64,000 nucleotides of DNA from Nemertoderma westbladi (lineage: Eukaryota; Animalia; Xenacoelomorpha). The position numbers and the translations under genes are program-made. Every line of letters starts with the position of its first letter. Position 1 is the stretch's first letter. Positions 35,101-47,562 of this stretch are shown here, piece by piece. The notes beneath the pieces are model-generated. The model was not told the DNA's origin, made no database searches, and saw only the letters and a list, made by a program, of their open reading frames with translations. The DNA is taken from the NCBI GenBank assembly GCA_032718475.1, contig JAUCBJ010003070.1, forward strand, positions 1 to 64,000, written 5' to 3'.

Positions 35101-38100
35101 TTTCTAATCATTAATATTCAAAATGTATACAAAATTTTGTATATTTTACTTTATTTGATCTGCAATTTTAACTTTTCAAAGACTGCCTGATTGACATATA
35201 ATTCCGTTTTTTTACTTCCCAGAGGTTAAAAGAATGTTAAAATGGAACCAAACTTCTGTTTTAGGTGTTAAGGTTACGCAAAGGTTGTACTCTGTAACCT
35301 TAACGCCGCTTTACACGTGGCAACTTTTTACATTTTGGGCAACTTGTTCAGCAACTATCACCTTAGTTTTTTAACAACTTATTCGCAGTAGTGGAAACGT
35401 GGCAAATTTTTACAGTATTATTTACAGCAACTTCGTGTTTACACGGATAAACTTGATAGGCACCGCTTTCACTAATGTTCTGTGACAGTTCTTGTAAAGT
35501 TGCCACGTGTAAACCTGCTTGATAATGATACAAGGAAGCAGAAAGCCTTTTTAAATGTTTTGGAAGGAATTTGGTTCAATTTACCTTGCTTAAACTAGGA
35601 CCCTAGATTAAAAAGAGCATGTTTGTAGCCCCTATTATGTTATACATGTATCTATCTAATTAGATTTACCTTATACAAACTTGATACAATGAATATAGTT
35701 GAACTCATTGTGAAAAAAGTGAACCACAAGTTGTAAAACACCGGTTGATGTAGAAGTTCTCTTGGAGTGTAGTTCGGTCGTGAATCATCAGATCCCGTTG
35801 TCCGAGATAATTCGTCGCTTTTGGTCACATTATCATCGTTATTTAGCAGATTGTCTCTTTCCGACTGCATAACATTTAAATATAACAACTATATTTACTG
35901 AATGTCTTATAATTTAGTATTTTATAAGATTAAAGTGTGTAAGGCGTGAGCGCCACCGAGGAGAAAGTAAGTCACTGTAAGGGAACTCATCCAGCAAATG
36001 TCACTGAAGGGATATCTTTTGTCATGGGGGTAAGAATATCGGAAGACCCATTATCCTATTCTTGAGTGCTTCCCTAGTAGAATATCTACCTCCCGTCCCA
36101 TTACACCTCCGGTTTCGTTTGAAGGGAACCTGCTGTCGGACAATTCGTATCTGTTGAAGAGGTGTGTAGTAGATCCCGGAAGCAGTGTCATCAATAATAG
36201 TTTGACTTGCAATGTACTGTATATTGGATACCTACTAGTTCAATAACTACTATCTCACCAATATGAGTTATTGCATGTATGGTGCGAATAACGTAAACAC
36301 CAAATACAGAATAATAAAGTACTAATTAATAATAAGAAAAGAACTGTTTTCTCATCAAGTACATTTTATAACAAAAGGACATATTAATTTTGTATTAATT
36401 TATCTTGTAAGATAAGAAATAAACAGACCTCTATATCATCTGGAGGTTCAAACATTAACAACGTGCCAATAAGTTGCATCACCGCATAGGTTGCACCCAG
36501 CACGAGAAACAAATCGGGAACCTTATCTAGAATTTCTGGTTGTGAGAAATATCTAAAATACATTGTGGTAAATTGTTAGGAAATTTATTGCGAATATATT
36601 TATTGTGGAGTAAATTGATTGGGGAGTACATTTATTAGGGGTGTATTTACTCTTTAACGCTTAGTATATTTATTGTGACTATATTAATTGTGGGTATAAT
36701 TATTGTAAGCATTTTTATGATCGACAAACAGCAAAATCGATCTGATATTATGCAGATTGCATCAGCAGCATGAAAAATTGCCTGCACGTGTATGGGAGCC
36801 GACTACTCTACTACTAGTACTATCGCATGTTGCATTGTAGTATTGATGCATTACAGTATGCTGCATACAAGAGTCCTTTAAGAAGCGTCCCAACAAAGTT
36901 ATGGGCTATCAAAGAGGTGAAGGGGTTAGAGGTCATGGGACACATGTTATGAAAATGAAAAATGATAACTAACTAAATAATACCAGTTTTCACCAGTATT
37001 GAATTTTATACTTACATTGTAACATTTTTCATTTCATATAATAATAATATTTCATGAACTCACTTAGTATCAGGATCTAGCGGATCTAGAGAATCTGGTG
37101 ACAAATTATTGGGATTCACATATGCAGTCTGAACAAAGTTGAATATAAACGCACCCAGACCAAATCCCCCAACAACAATTCCACTGGCAAGTCCTTTGTA
37201 ATTGGGAAGCCACTTCATAGCTAGAACTAGAGGTTGAGCGTATGCAAACCCCATTCCTAATCCGAATACCGCCCCATATGTGACGAGAAGCCAGAAGAAT
37301 GACCCTTTAATTGCAGCAGCGCTAGTTAGAACACCAATGCTAGATAAATAATTAATAACTGCAATAAATAAATTATTAAAAATATTCATTAATTAAGACC
37401 TTGCTCCTGATTACTTATGTTGGTAGAACTCATGATCTCCTGTGGTTCTTAAAGTAAAGCTGATCTTTCCCATTCACCAGCAAGCTTAGTCATGTTATCT
37501 ATTAGATCTGCAGATGCTTGTAGATCAATGTAGACCAAATCAACAGTGGCCACATCAGCAGTGGTAATATATTAATACCCTGGAAAACTGTATTCATCGC
37601 ACCTTGTCGTAGTAAAATATTTGGTTATAAATGAGGTTTTCCTTGTCCTGGGAATTCAACGCAGTCCATTCTGTGTTCCTGAATGCCCATAGCAACAATA
37701 GGGGTGTTACCAAGGGTCAGGTGGTCCTAGGACTTGCCTTAGGTTTACAATCTCGGCGAATGAATATTTCGTAACAATGTTAAATTACCAATTTAGGGAA
37801 AGGAGTAGGTTAGAGTGGCACTTTATTCTAACCATAACAATCAATGATATTCACTAGAATAGGATATTACTAATTTTGGTAGTATTTAGCTGTTTATTAG
37901 GTTCGATTTTCCGTGTGGATGATGATGACCCCCCCCCCCCCCCCCCCCCCCCCCCAATCTGGATGATATATTGTTGTTCCATTGGATTTGAGAAGAGCTA
38001 GTTTGTTCTTTTGTTCAGATAATAAAGGGTTTTTAAGTCACACGGATAATAATAAGAGAGAGGTAACACCCGAGCCCGACACGGTACTCGGTGTAAGGAC

Positions 38101-40526
38101 AAATGGCATTTTGTATATATTGTATGTCAGTCTGTAAATCAGTCCTCATATATTGCTATACCGCTGTCGCAGTTATGTTATTACAATTAAGTTATTACAA
38201 TTATGTTATTACTATTCATGGTTATTAATATTTTGATTGCTTTTGACTGAGTGAGATAGATTCGAATTTAGACTTAGAACTTTAGACGATCTACTAAACC
38301 TTAGAACTTAGAATTTTTCGGTATGTACTGGTATAAAGGGAAAAAATTGCACAATACATACATTGAGACCTATTTCAAAATGTTCCAAGACGAATTATTC
38401 CGACGATATGAAGATTATGAAGACAAATATTCCAAGAAATAATTACTCACCTCATTGTCCAACATCCAATTAAAACAGACAATCTTGTTCCAATAACCAG
38501 TGATGCCTTTCCACCAAAATACATGGCTATTCCTTGACCAGACATCATCAGAGCCTGAAGCCATACGGCTTTTTCATAAGTTAAGGTTTTTGGACCAGAG
38601 TGCTCACGTATATAGGATGTGATATAAGGGTTGATATTACCTGAAATTATGAGAGAAATGTCTGAAGTCTGTTTTATTCTTCAATTTAATTATTTATTGG
38701 TATAAATTAAGAAGCTTTCCTTCATTGTCACATTTAATCCCTCTCAATTTATTTTATTAACCTTATGTTTGAGAGACTCTACTATGAGGCGAGCCACGAA
38801 AATATGCCAGCTTAGCATACGGGTACCACTAACTCAATCGGTGTATCTGTTGATCTGTCGCTCTATCGCGTCCAATTTTTAAACGTTAATAACTCGGCCA
38901 ATTCTTTATGAAATCTAACCAAACTTGGTACACAAAAAGTCTGTCAAAAGTTTATAATTTTCCAAATAGAATTTGCGAATGGCCTTCAATATGCTATGAT
39001 AAACGCAGTGAATTAGATAATAAAGTTGATTACGGTAAAAAAACAGTATTTTTCTGCATGCTCTTTAATGGAAATTAATTTTTTTCTAGTATAAGAATTA
39101 AATAAATATAACTAAAAATTTATTATTCAGTTGTAAATCCCCATACCCCATTCCATTATAGTTTTTTAATTAGTTCAAATGATTTGCTTGAAGAAATGTG
39201 TTTTTAATTGATCTAAACGTAATTAATATATTAGTGCCCCGTCACTCCATACTTCCAGCTCTATCATTCCCTGGCGAGCTTGTTATTTTGCTTATTGTTT
39301 ATTTCGTAAAATGATTGACTGAGTATTTAATGGTGGTTCTTTAGAATAATTAGCTAAATACTTTCGTTGAGGCATTGACTTTGACATGGTAAATTTCATC
39401 AATACTCTGTGCGCCTTTGGGTTGGGGGTGGGTGGTGCAGATTTTAATTTAAGAGAAGTTTTGGAGGGGGGACTTTACCCTCCTCTTTGATTTATTGGCG
39501 GTTTAGCATAACTTAAGATTCTTGCTCTATGCAGCTGTTACAGAATAAATTATTGAATCTAAATGGCCTTGAAGCCCAAAAAGGTTACGCAACCATGAAT
39601 TCAGCTTATACCCCTACAAATATATTTTAAATTATAAATTACATACTGGAGGCCTATCATCAGCAGTATGACAGTTTCTAATACATATATCGGTATAATT
39701 ACACGATACCGATAAGTATTTATGCAAACTTTGGAGAAACATGTTAGTGGCTAAATCCGTTAATCCCGAAAATATCGGATCTCCACCTCTTGAACCAATG
39801 AATCTGAGATGTTGTAGAGTTCAGGAATCGTTTGTATTGGGCTTGATCCTCGGGCAGGCCAATACCGCGTACATGAGGCATCTCTCTCTACGGCGACCTA
39901 GAGTCAAACCTCTGCATATGCGGAGCAATAGAAACTGGCCATCACTTCCTATTCGGCTGTCCGGAAAGAAGCTCCACAAAGCTAATTGAAACTCTTTGCT
40001 ACGTACGGAACTGGGAGCTATTGGGCGTGCTCGCCAAGGTCTAAATTTGTTAGACACTTTTTAAATTTGAAATATAACTTTATTTATTTTTAAGTTGAGC
40101 CCGAACTGAACAGTCATAAATAAGCCAATTTTACTGATATGCTAATAAGTATGAATGCTATTGGATTTTAACTTTGTGCCTCCATTTGCCAGCATCTTAT
40201 GGGTTTTTAATTTAATACAAGATCAATATATATATATATAATACACAACATGTGAAATTTTCTATATGATGATTAATCATTGATGATTATCGAACAAAAA
40301 ATAAAATCGTAATCAGGGGGTTACTATAGCATCACTTACCGAAAGTATACAATGTACCAAGAGTTAGATGAACTAAGAAACCTCCAATTATTGCTAAAAC
40401 CGCTTTCTTATGAAAGGCTCCCACCAAAGCTCTAATTTTTGGCATTATCCATCCTTTGTGCGGTTCTTGTTGCTGTGAAGGAGTTTCAAATGTGTTTGTT
40501 GCATTTGATTCCGAAGTTGTTGTCAT
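32199..40526 (-). CDS. MFS transporter, oxalate:formate antiporter (OFA)-like; 8 coding exons: 40526-40340, 38640-38451, 37339-37064, 36552-36429, 35864-35670, 34497-34220, 33450-33296, 32287-32199 (497 aa)
   Basis: All introns are GT-AG and phases are consistent (1494 nt total). Motifs HLTLGTLYTFGNINPY, GLASGIVVGGFGLGAFIF, NGFGRSFWGYLADRL and YFGVENAAANYGLLF; hydrophobic pattern consistent with 12 TM helices. Confidence 0.9.
32831..33229. mobile_element. MITE-like element with internal tRNA-like Pol III boxes (intron 7)
   Basis: ~38-bp inverted repeat TAATAAATATACAATGTAAATAAG...; internal TGGTAGCTCAGT and GGTTCGAGCCC. Confidence 0.55.
34545..34740 (-). mobile_element. RTE LINE 3'-end fragment (intron 5)
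   Basis: DKELWRCNF... similar to 28800-28900 and 29760-29880. Confidence 0.6.
35304..35519. mobile_element. PIF/Harbinger-like MITE (intron 5)
   Basis: TIR TTTACACGTGGCAACTTT / AAAGTTGCCACGTGTAAA with TAA/TGA flanks. Confidence 0.55.
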
Positions 40527-41276
40527 AATTGTTTTTGTTTGTACCAATTACATTATGATCTGTAATGCTAATAATATCATACACATTCTTACAAGGGGCT
40601 GTTAAATATCACTTGATCAGTATCTATAAGTTTTAAAGATTGTTTTGTTATTTTTTATGGATCAAATTGTATTTCAATATATTAAATAAACCTAATAAAA
40701 TTAGGCAACAATAATTATTTCAGTTCTAGAATTATTCATTATAAGATATCATTAAACTATAACAGCTATAAGATCTCACCACAATGACTATATTTTATTT
40801 TTATATATATTTTTTTGTTGCTGCAGTTATAAATCCTGCCTTTAAAATTACTTATTTTACCAATTTACCCAAAATACTGTATATTTATTGATAAAGGACC
40901 AGTTACGGTATCATATTGATTATTTCTTACAAATTATTCTTTAGTAAAGGAAAGTAAACCATTTATATATGTATTAGATACTCTTGGCACTATAGTTAGT
41001 AAAGTATAGTAGTATGGTAAAGTAAACCATTTATATATGTATTAGATACTCTTGGCACTATAGTTTGCTTATTTAGAGGTGATAGGTATTCACTAATCTA
41101 CTCGATTCAATTTTGTTCACGAGTTGAGATGTTTTTTATATATTGGCTACGTACGCCCTGTATAATTCTAGTTTAATATTGATAACTGAACTATTTACAT
41201 ATTAGATTAATTTTATGTACGAATTTGAACTTATGCCTTGACTTTAACGCCCTGGTAGCTAAATTAATGGAAGCGG

Positions 41277-41759
41277 TGTTGCTGCAGTTATAAATCCTGC
41301 CTTTAAAATTAATTATTTTACCAATTTACCCAAAATACTGTATATTTATTATTGATAAAGGACCAGTTACGGTATCATATTGATTATTTCTTACAAATGA
41401 TTCTTTAGTAAAGGTTCTTACGCCATCTAATGCCATTATCTGCCTATCCAATTTGTATTTGGAGAGTGTAAGCTAGGGATCCACCTTATTGGCTATGCTC
41501 CTTACTGATAGGCTAGTATATAAGTGCGGTTGTTCTATGATTAATTTACTCTTTTTGTTATTGTTTGACAGAAGAAGTTGCACTGCCCATGCAGAGGCAC
41601 TGATCCCCGGTCAAGTTTAATTGACTGGTGGTTATTACAGGCCTAAGGTCTAAACTTAAAGAGTTAATAATTGAATTATAATTATTATTTTTGGATATTC
41701 TACTGGTAAATTCAATTTGTCTTTATAATTTGTATAATATATCGCCGATATTACGTAAT
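41277..41759 (+). repeat. LTR of BEL-2 (3' end missing)
   Basis: Near-identical to 53521-54003. Confidence 0.85.
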
Positions 41760-42082
41760 TGTAAGCAGATTCAATTCCGCCGCATTACCCTCATAAAATG
41801 GGATAGTGGCATTTTCAGCAATATGTTGGAGATACGAGATTAGCAGTAACTAATCTCGTATCACAACCAACATCGGGGACAGTACAAACCCCAAAGCCAC
41901 ACACAAAGGGAGGTTAGAGGTCAAACCACCTCGGAAGGGGAGACAGCTAGCAGGGGCTAGGAACAGGGGGAAACACTCCCAGAGAGTGGGAAGGCGTGAA
42001 GTAGGTTATTAGCCAATAAGGGCGAAGGAGAGCATCCACTAGGTAGGACGCCAAAGTAATGTAGCAGTGAAGTTTCCTGTGC

Positions 42083-43400
42083 TTGTGTGCCGGACACAAT
42101 AGAAGCAAGTGTTATTTACGGGACACCTACAAATGTGTTAAGTGTAATGGAAAACATCACTACCTATTACATCAGAAGGATATAGACCCCCGCGTGGAAA
42201 TAAAGATTAAATTGACCGATTATGCCCCTTATGACATGAGGGGAAGTACCGAACAGGAGTTCTATACGGACGAGTTCTCTATGGATGAGGAAAGTTGCAA
42301 TAATGTAGTGGTCTGTACAGCCATCACGTATGAGCCACCATTACGCCCAGAACAGCCGATTAACAGTGACATATCATTAAAGACCTCTGACCCAAAATCG
42401 CTCGGTGTTAGAGAATTCCCCGTTTTGCAAGTTCGACTACACTGTAACAACCGTAGCGTCATCGTAAACGCCCTGATGGATACAGGAAGTTCTGGATCCT
42501 TCATTGATCAAGACCTTGCAGAGGAGTTATTTAGCAAGGCAGACGGACATCCAATGAAATTAAATCTATCCGACGTAATGCAATCCTGGCAATCAGTTAT
42601 ACAAACTCGTTATTACAAAATTTATTTATCTGACCCCGGTGATATAAATGAAATATGTAAATTAAACAACATCAAGGTGGTTGCGATTAAGAACTTTACT
42701 GATAGTCAAACACCTGTGTATAACTGGGACAACGATGACTTGTGAAACGTAATAACATCCCGCGATATAAACTCGATCGACCCGGAGTTCGATTATTAAT
42801 CGGCCAGAATGCGCCAGAGGCCCTGGAAATTTTACAAAAACTCCCTAGTTCGCCTCTACCTTTAACCATATACGCTGGCAGAACCAGGATTGGTTGGTTC
42901 TGCACTGGCCGATCGATAAATACTTTAAACGAAAGAATGTCTAGTGACAATATATCAACCAATCACATTCATTCAGAAAACATATTGACCAATTATATCC
43001 ATTCTCCTAAACCCGGTTATATTGTGGAAGCGGGGGAATTCGCGGTGGGAGGACCCGATTTTGGGACAAAGTTTTCAAAATTTTGCGGTGAATCCAGTAA
43101 ACCCAGCAACAACAATCAACCGAAATCCCGACTTAATACGGACGAATATGGAGAACCTATTGACGCAGTAACCAATAACTATATAAACAAATCGGACAGC
43201 CCAAACTCAGACCACTTTTGAGTATTCACTCCCGGACTGAAGCTGTCCCAGACACCCCCCAATTATTTCAAAGTCAATCAGACTTACATAACATTAAAGT
43301 AGGTCTATCCCCACTGATAGCCAGCGCCATGAACCATTACAGCTCATGGGATAAATTATGTAGGGCTATAACTATTCTGAAACAACTATTCCACTACAGA
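42083..43400 (+). pseudogene. BEL gag zinc-knuckle/protease remnant, frameshifted
   Basis: CVKCNGKHHYLLH, FYTDEFS, REFPVLQVRLH, NALMDTGS and TRIGWFCTG are all shared with BEL-1 ORF1. Then HYSSWDKLCR (post-RNase H linker) follows with no RT in between. Confidence 0.85.
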
Positions 43401-46231
43401 TACTACTACTACTACTAGATCGAGCGAACTCGGACAGTGGAAATGAGATCCTTCCAGGCTTCCCGATTCTCCACAGTTGTCGCAATTTCGTTTCTCCTAA
43501 GTTCAGTATCCCTTTCAAGTTGATCTATATATGTTATGGCCGGTCGTCCACGACTATGCTTTCCATGAGTTGGTTGCCAGAAAAGTAGATCTGGTATGAC
43601 CTCGTCTTTACTTCGCCAGCAGTGCCCACTGAATCTTAATCTGCGTTCACGGAGGGTGGTTGATACAGGTGGTATTGTACCATAAAGCTCGGCGTTTGTC
43701 AAATGTTGTTTCCAGCTGATGTTTAGGGCTGCCTTTAGTAGTCTTGTGTAGCAACCATCAATTCGTTGTTCAAGTGATTTAGTCAGTGTCCAGGTCTCAC
43801 CCCCATATAAAAATACACTTTCCACTGTGGCTCGAAAGAACTTAGTCTTCAGGTGCCTGGAGAGATCTGATTTCCAGATGGTATCCATTTTTGATAGAGC
43901 TACCCAAGCCTTTGCTTTCCTAACTTCTATGTCCTTTTTGCTACTCTCTATCCATGATCCAAGGTACTGGAAGTCATCGACCTTCCTTAGTTGATTATTA
44001 TCAATGGTTGTCAAGTTTCCATCAACATTAAAGGTCATTATTTGGTCTTTGTAGCATTTATATGCAATCCAACCTCCTTAGCAGCCCTCTCCACTTTATT
44101 TAGTAGAAGCTGTGCATCTGCTAGGGTATTAGAGAGCAGGGCGATGTCATCCGCAAAGTCGGTGTCTGTGACTGTAGTTGCTGGATATCTACTACTTCTG
44201 CGTTCTTGAAGTGTGAATCCCAGGTCTTCACCCTTTGTGGCTGTCCTCATTGCGTAATCCAGCACAATTACAAATAGTAATGGTGCTAATGTGTCACCTT
44301 GCAGTACGCCAGCCAGGATTGAGAAAAACTCAGTTTCACCATCTGGTGAGAGTACCTGCGCTTCTGTGTCACAATATAACAATCCAATGCGAGCAACAAT
44401 TACTTCTGGTATTCCATAAGCTCTTAGGATTTCAAGCATTTTACCTCTATGGATGGAGTCGATTGCCTTCTTGAAGTCCACAAAAGTCATGACAGCGGGG
44501 AGATTCTTTGACTTAATTCCTTCAATCAGTCTCCGTAGTGCAAGTATCTGAGCTATTGTTGATCTACTTGGTCGAAATCCCTTTTGGCTCTTACGCAGTA
44601 GTTTCTCTATGTGAGGCCTAATCCTATATAGAATCATTTTATTGTATATTTTGGCAGCTACCACAAGCAGACAGATCCCACGATAGTTTGTTGGTATGCC
44701 AAGGTCTCCTTTCTTGGGGAGAGGCTTTAGTTGACCTTTAGTCCAAATTGGTGGTGGCTTTTCCCCTTTTAACATCCGGTTGCAAACATTCAATAATGGT
44801 CTGTTTAGCACTCCGGTTTTCCATACCTCCGCTGGGATTTCATCTAATCCACTCGCTTTATTATTGGACATGCTTTTAATGCTTCTTTGGAGTTCGGCAG
44901 GTGTGAAGTCCCCTGTTTCTATAGGTAGTGTCTTGTCATATATTTTCCTTGTAGGGCTGACCTCGATGTTTGGTGGCTGCCCAAGCAAGTTGCTGAAGTG
45001 ATTTTTCCACTTCCCAACACGTTCTTCAGGACTATCGGCTTTGAGGCGCCTCTTTGCACAACTTTTCCGACCAGATACCTCATTCACAGTTTGCCAGGTA
45101 AGTCTTGATTGTTGCTGTATGTGAGCAGTTGTAATTGCTTCAGTTTTATCCTGTATGTACTTTTCCTGGCTGATGTTGTAGGCCAATTTAAGATCGTCCT
45201 TAGCTTTCTCAACCTTGTTAATGTTTTCGGTGTTGGTTGTTCGGTTTTAACTTTGTAGGCTATCTTAAGATCTTCTCTCTTACAAGTAACCTCAGAGTTT
45301 GCCATGGCACATATTGTTTTCGTTTGGGTTTCTGGGGGATATGCCTCTTAGCTGATTCCTTGTGGGCTGTTATTATATTCAGGTATATTGAATTGGTGGA
45401 TTGGTCTTCATCCATTGACTGAAGTGCTTCAAAGCGGTTTTGAACTTCTACTGTATAAGCATCCTTTACAGCATTGTCAGTTCTGAGTTTTTCCCAGTCA
45501 TATTTGATTTGCTTGCTTGTCCTGGGTTTGCTGGCTCTCAAACTGAGTCTGATCTCTGCAGTCACAATTCTGTGGTCCGAACCAATTAGGTTGAATGAGC
45601 TGTATGCCTCGCAGTTGATCATGCTGTTTCTCCACTTTTTGTTTATGAGGATGTAATCCAGTTGTGCTTTGGTTCCATTAGGGTATTGAAAGGTCCATAG
45701 CTTCCCCTTACTCTTTTCGAATGTGTTGTTTGTTGGTATCAATTCACATTCTTCCATTAGGTCTAATTGTAAGTACCCATTTCTGTTAGAACTGGTGTTA
45801 TAGGTGTAACCCTTGATGTCATCTGGTCCGTTTTGGGCATTCAGGTCACCAGCAATGACTTTAACATTGTGTTTCGGAATGTCCTTTATAAATCCAGTCA
45901 GTTCTTCATAAAACTTTACTGCTTGTTCTGGCTCTGAGGCATTGGTTGGACTGTAGCAACTTATAACTGTTGCCTTGGGATTCCCATCAAATGTTGCGAT
46001 CAAAACCCTGGAATTTATAGATTCGATGTTGTTTAGGGTCTTAAGTGCAAATGGGCTTAGCAGAATTCCTACTCCACCAATTGATGCATTGGCCGAGTTT
46101 CTTACTGCTGAGCTTGTTACTAACATTCATCCATTTCCAATGTCATTGTACTTCACGGCAGTGTCTTCATGACAAATCCGATGTTCTTGGATGCAGATGA
46201 TGTCGATGTTATATTCCATTGCCAGAGACTA
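43401..46231 (-). mobile_element. 5'-truncated RTE-clade LINE (APE + RT, frameshifted)
   Basis: APE motifs (SCYSPT, AGDLNA, LDYIL, SDH); RT motifs (FVDFKKAIDS, GVLQGDTLAP, FADD); (TAG)n tail directly after the stop; 10-bp TSD CCACTACAGA (43391-43400 and 46232-46241). Confidence 0.95.
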
Positions 46232-46769
46232 CCACTACAGACATAGTACTAATAATATACCTGTTGTAAGCTTGTCACCCTCTGAAGTTGATAAATCTAA
46301 TTTACAACTGTTACGACTTTCACAGAAACTTGAGAAACCTGAGGAATATCATCAACTCAGTGTCGATTCTTTGACTTCATTGTCGGATAAATTCTCAGGT
46401 ACTATGATCAATGGATTAATTCGCGTTGGAGGTCATCTTACCAACGCTCCTATTTCTAGAGACACTATTTTCCCAATACTAATATTCGATCCCGAAATTC
46501 TAACAAAGCGACACGACATCCACTATGGACTATATCACGCCGGGAGAGAACATATATTAAGTGAGATAGGGACGAGTTACTGTTTTGTTGGCCCTCGTGC
46601 AGCTCTGGGCCAGACATTGCGGAGTTGTATACCTTGCCGAGGAATTTGCCGCACACCAGTGACGCAGTCAGAAGCGCCACCTCCAAAGAAAAGAATTGAC
46701 TACTATCATCCACCGTTCAAGCGAAAGTACACTATTTCAATCGGCCAACCGGCCGCCTTTGTTTATTAG
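46232..46769 (+). pseudogene. BEL integrase zinc-binding (HHCC) remnant without catalytic core
   Basis: GLIRVGG...FPIL...H...HAG...CIPCR; the frame continues from FHYR before the LINE insertion. Confidence 0.75.
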
Positions 46770-47562
46770 AACTGGCAAGGGACATTCTGGTAACTACGGG
46801 TAACAACGCCATAGGCCAAGTAGTTTGACTTACAAACTATAGTAACGTCTTGTAGAAGGTTACGATTGAGTAACGTAATTATTTGTTAGCCATTTAATAT
46901 AGCGTAGGTATTAGTATTAGACTGCACTGCAGGTAGCAACAAAACCTACTTATGTTAATCGTACGTTGCATATTCTGGACGCAGATACAGCAATTTAAAT
47001 TAACGACAAATTATTTGACTTAAAACTTAAATAATTCAAAATAAATGACTAATTACTAACGACAATACTCAATCGTGGAAGCGGATTTGTGTGACGTTAC
47101 CAGCATAGAAATATGCGAAAAATTTTCAAAATTTTGTATTTAATACAAATTAATAATAATAACCAAGATTAAAACATCCCAAATTAAATATCGCTATAAA
47201 ATGATCAAATAACTATTACAGTAGTTACTAGTGTGAAATAAGTGTGAGAGCTGAGCGTTCTAATTTCTAAATTTACCAGCATGTCACCGAACAATTTGGA
47301 TTAATTAAAACCGAAACAACGTGTTTCTCTGAAAACACAAATGGTGACCGTATAACTGTGAATGCAACCTTTTAGTACAGCTTGCATTACAGAAACTCAT
47401 CCTGTTATCTTGGACATTCTGGTAAATATTAAATAAGTCTTTTGAACCGTATTTTTACTTTAAATTAAATTAAATACGCAAACGACTTTTAAATTAAGCT
47501 AAAACGTGTGAATAATAAATATATCGTGTGAGTTCCTGTGAAGCGTATACAATTGTCCAACC

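Noticed and set aside
37929-37955. Poly-C tract / G-quadruplex
   Set aside because: Simple intronic homopolymer with unreliable length and no supporting context.
39741-40057. Penelope GIY-YIG endonuclease remnant
   Set aside because: Only vague similarity (..IKPNTN..); too degenerate to support without a search.
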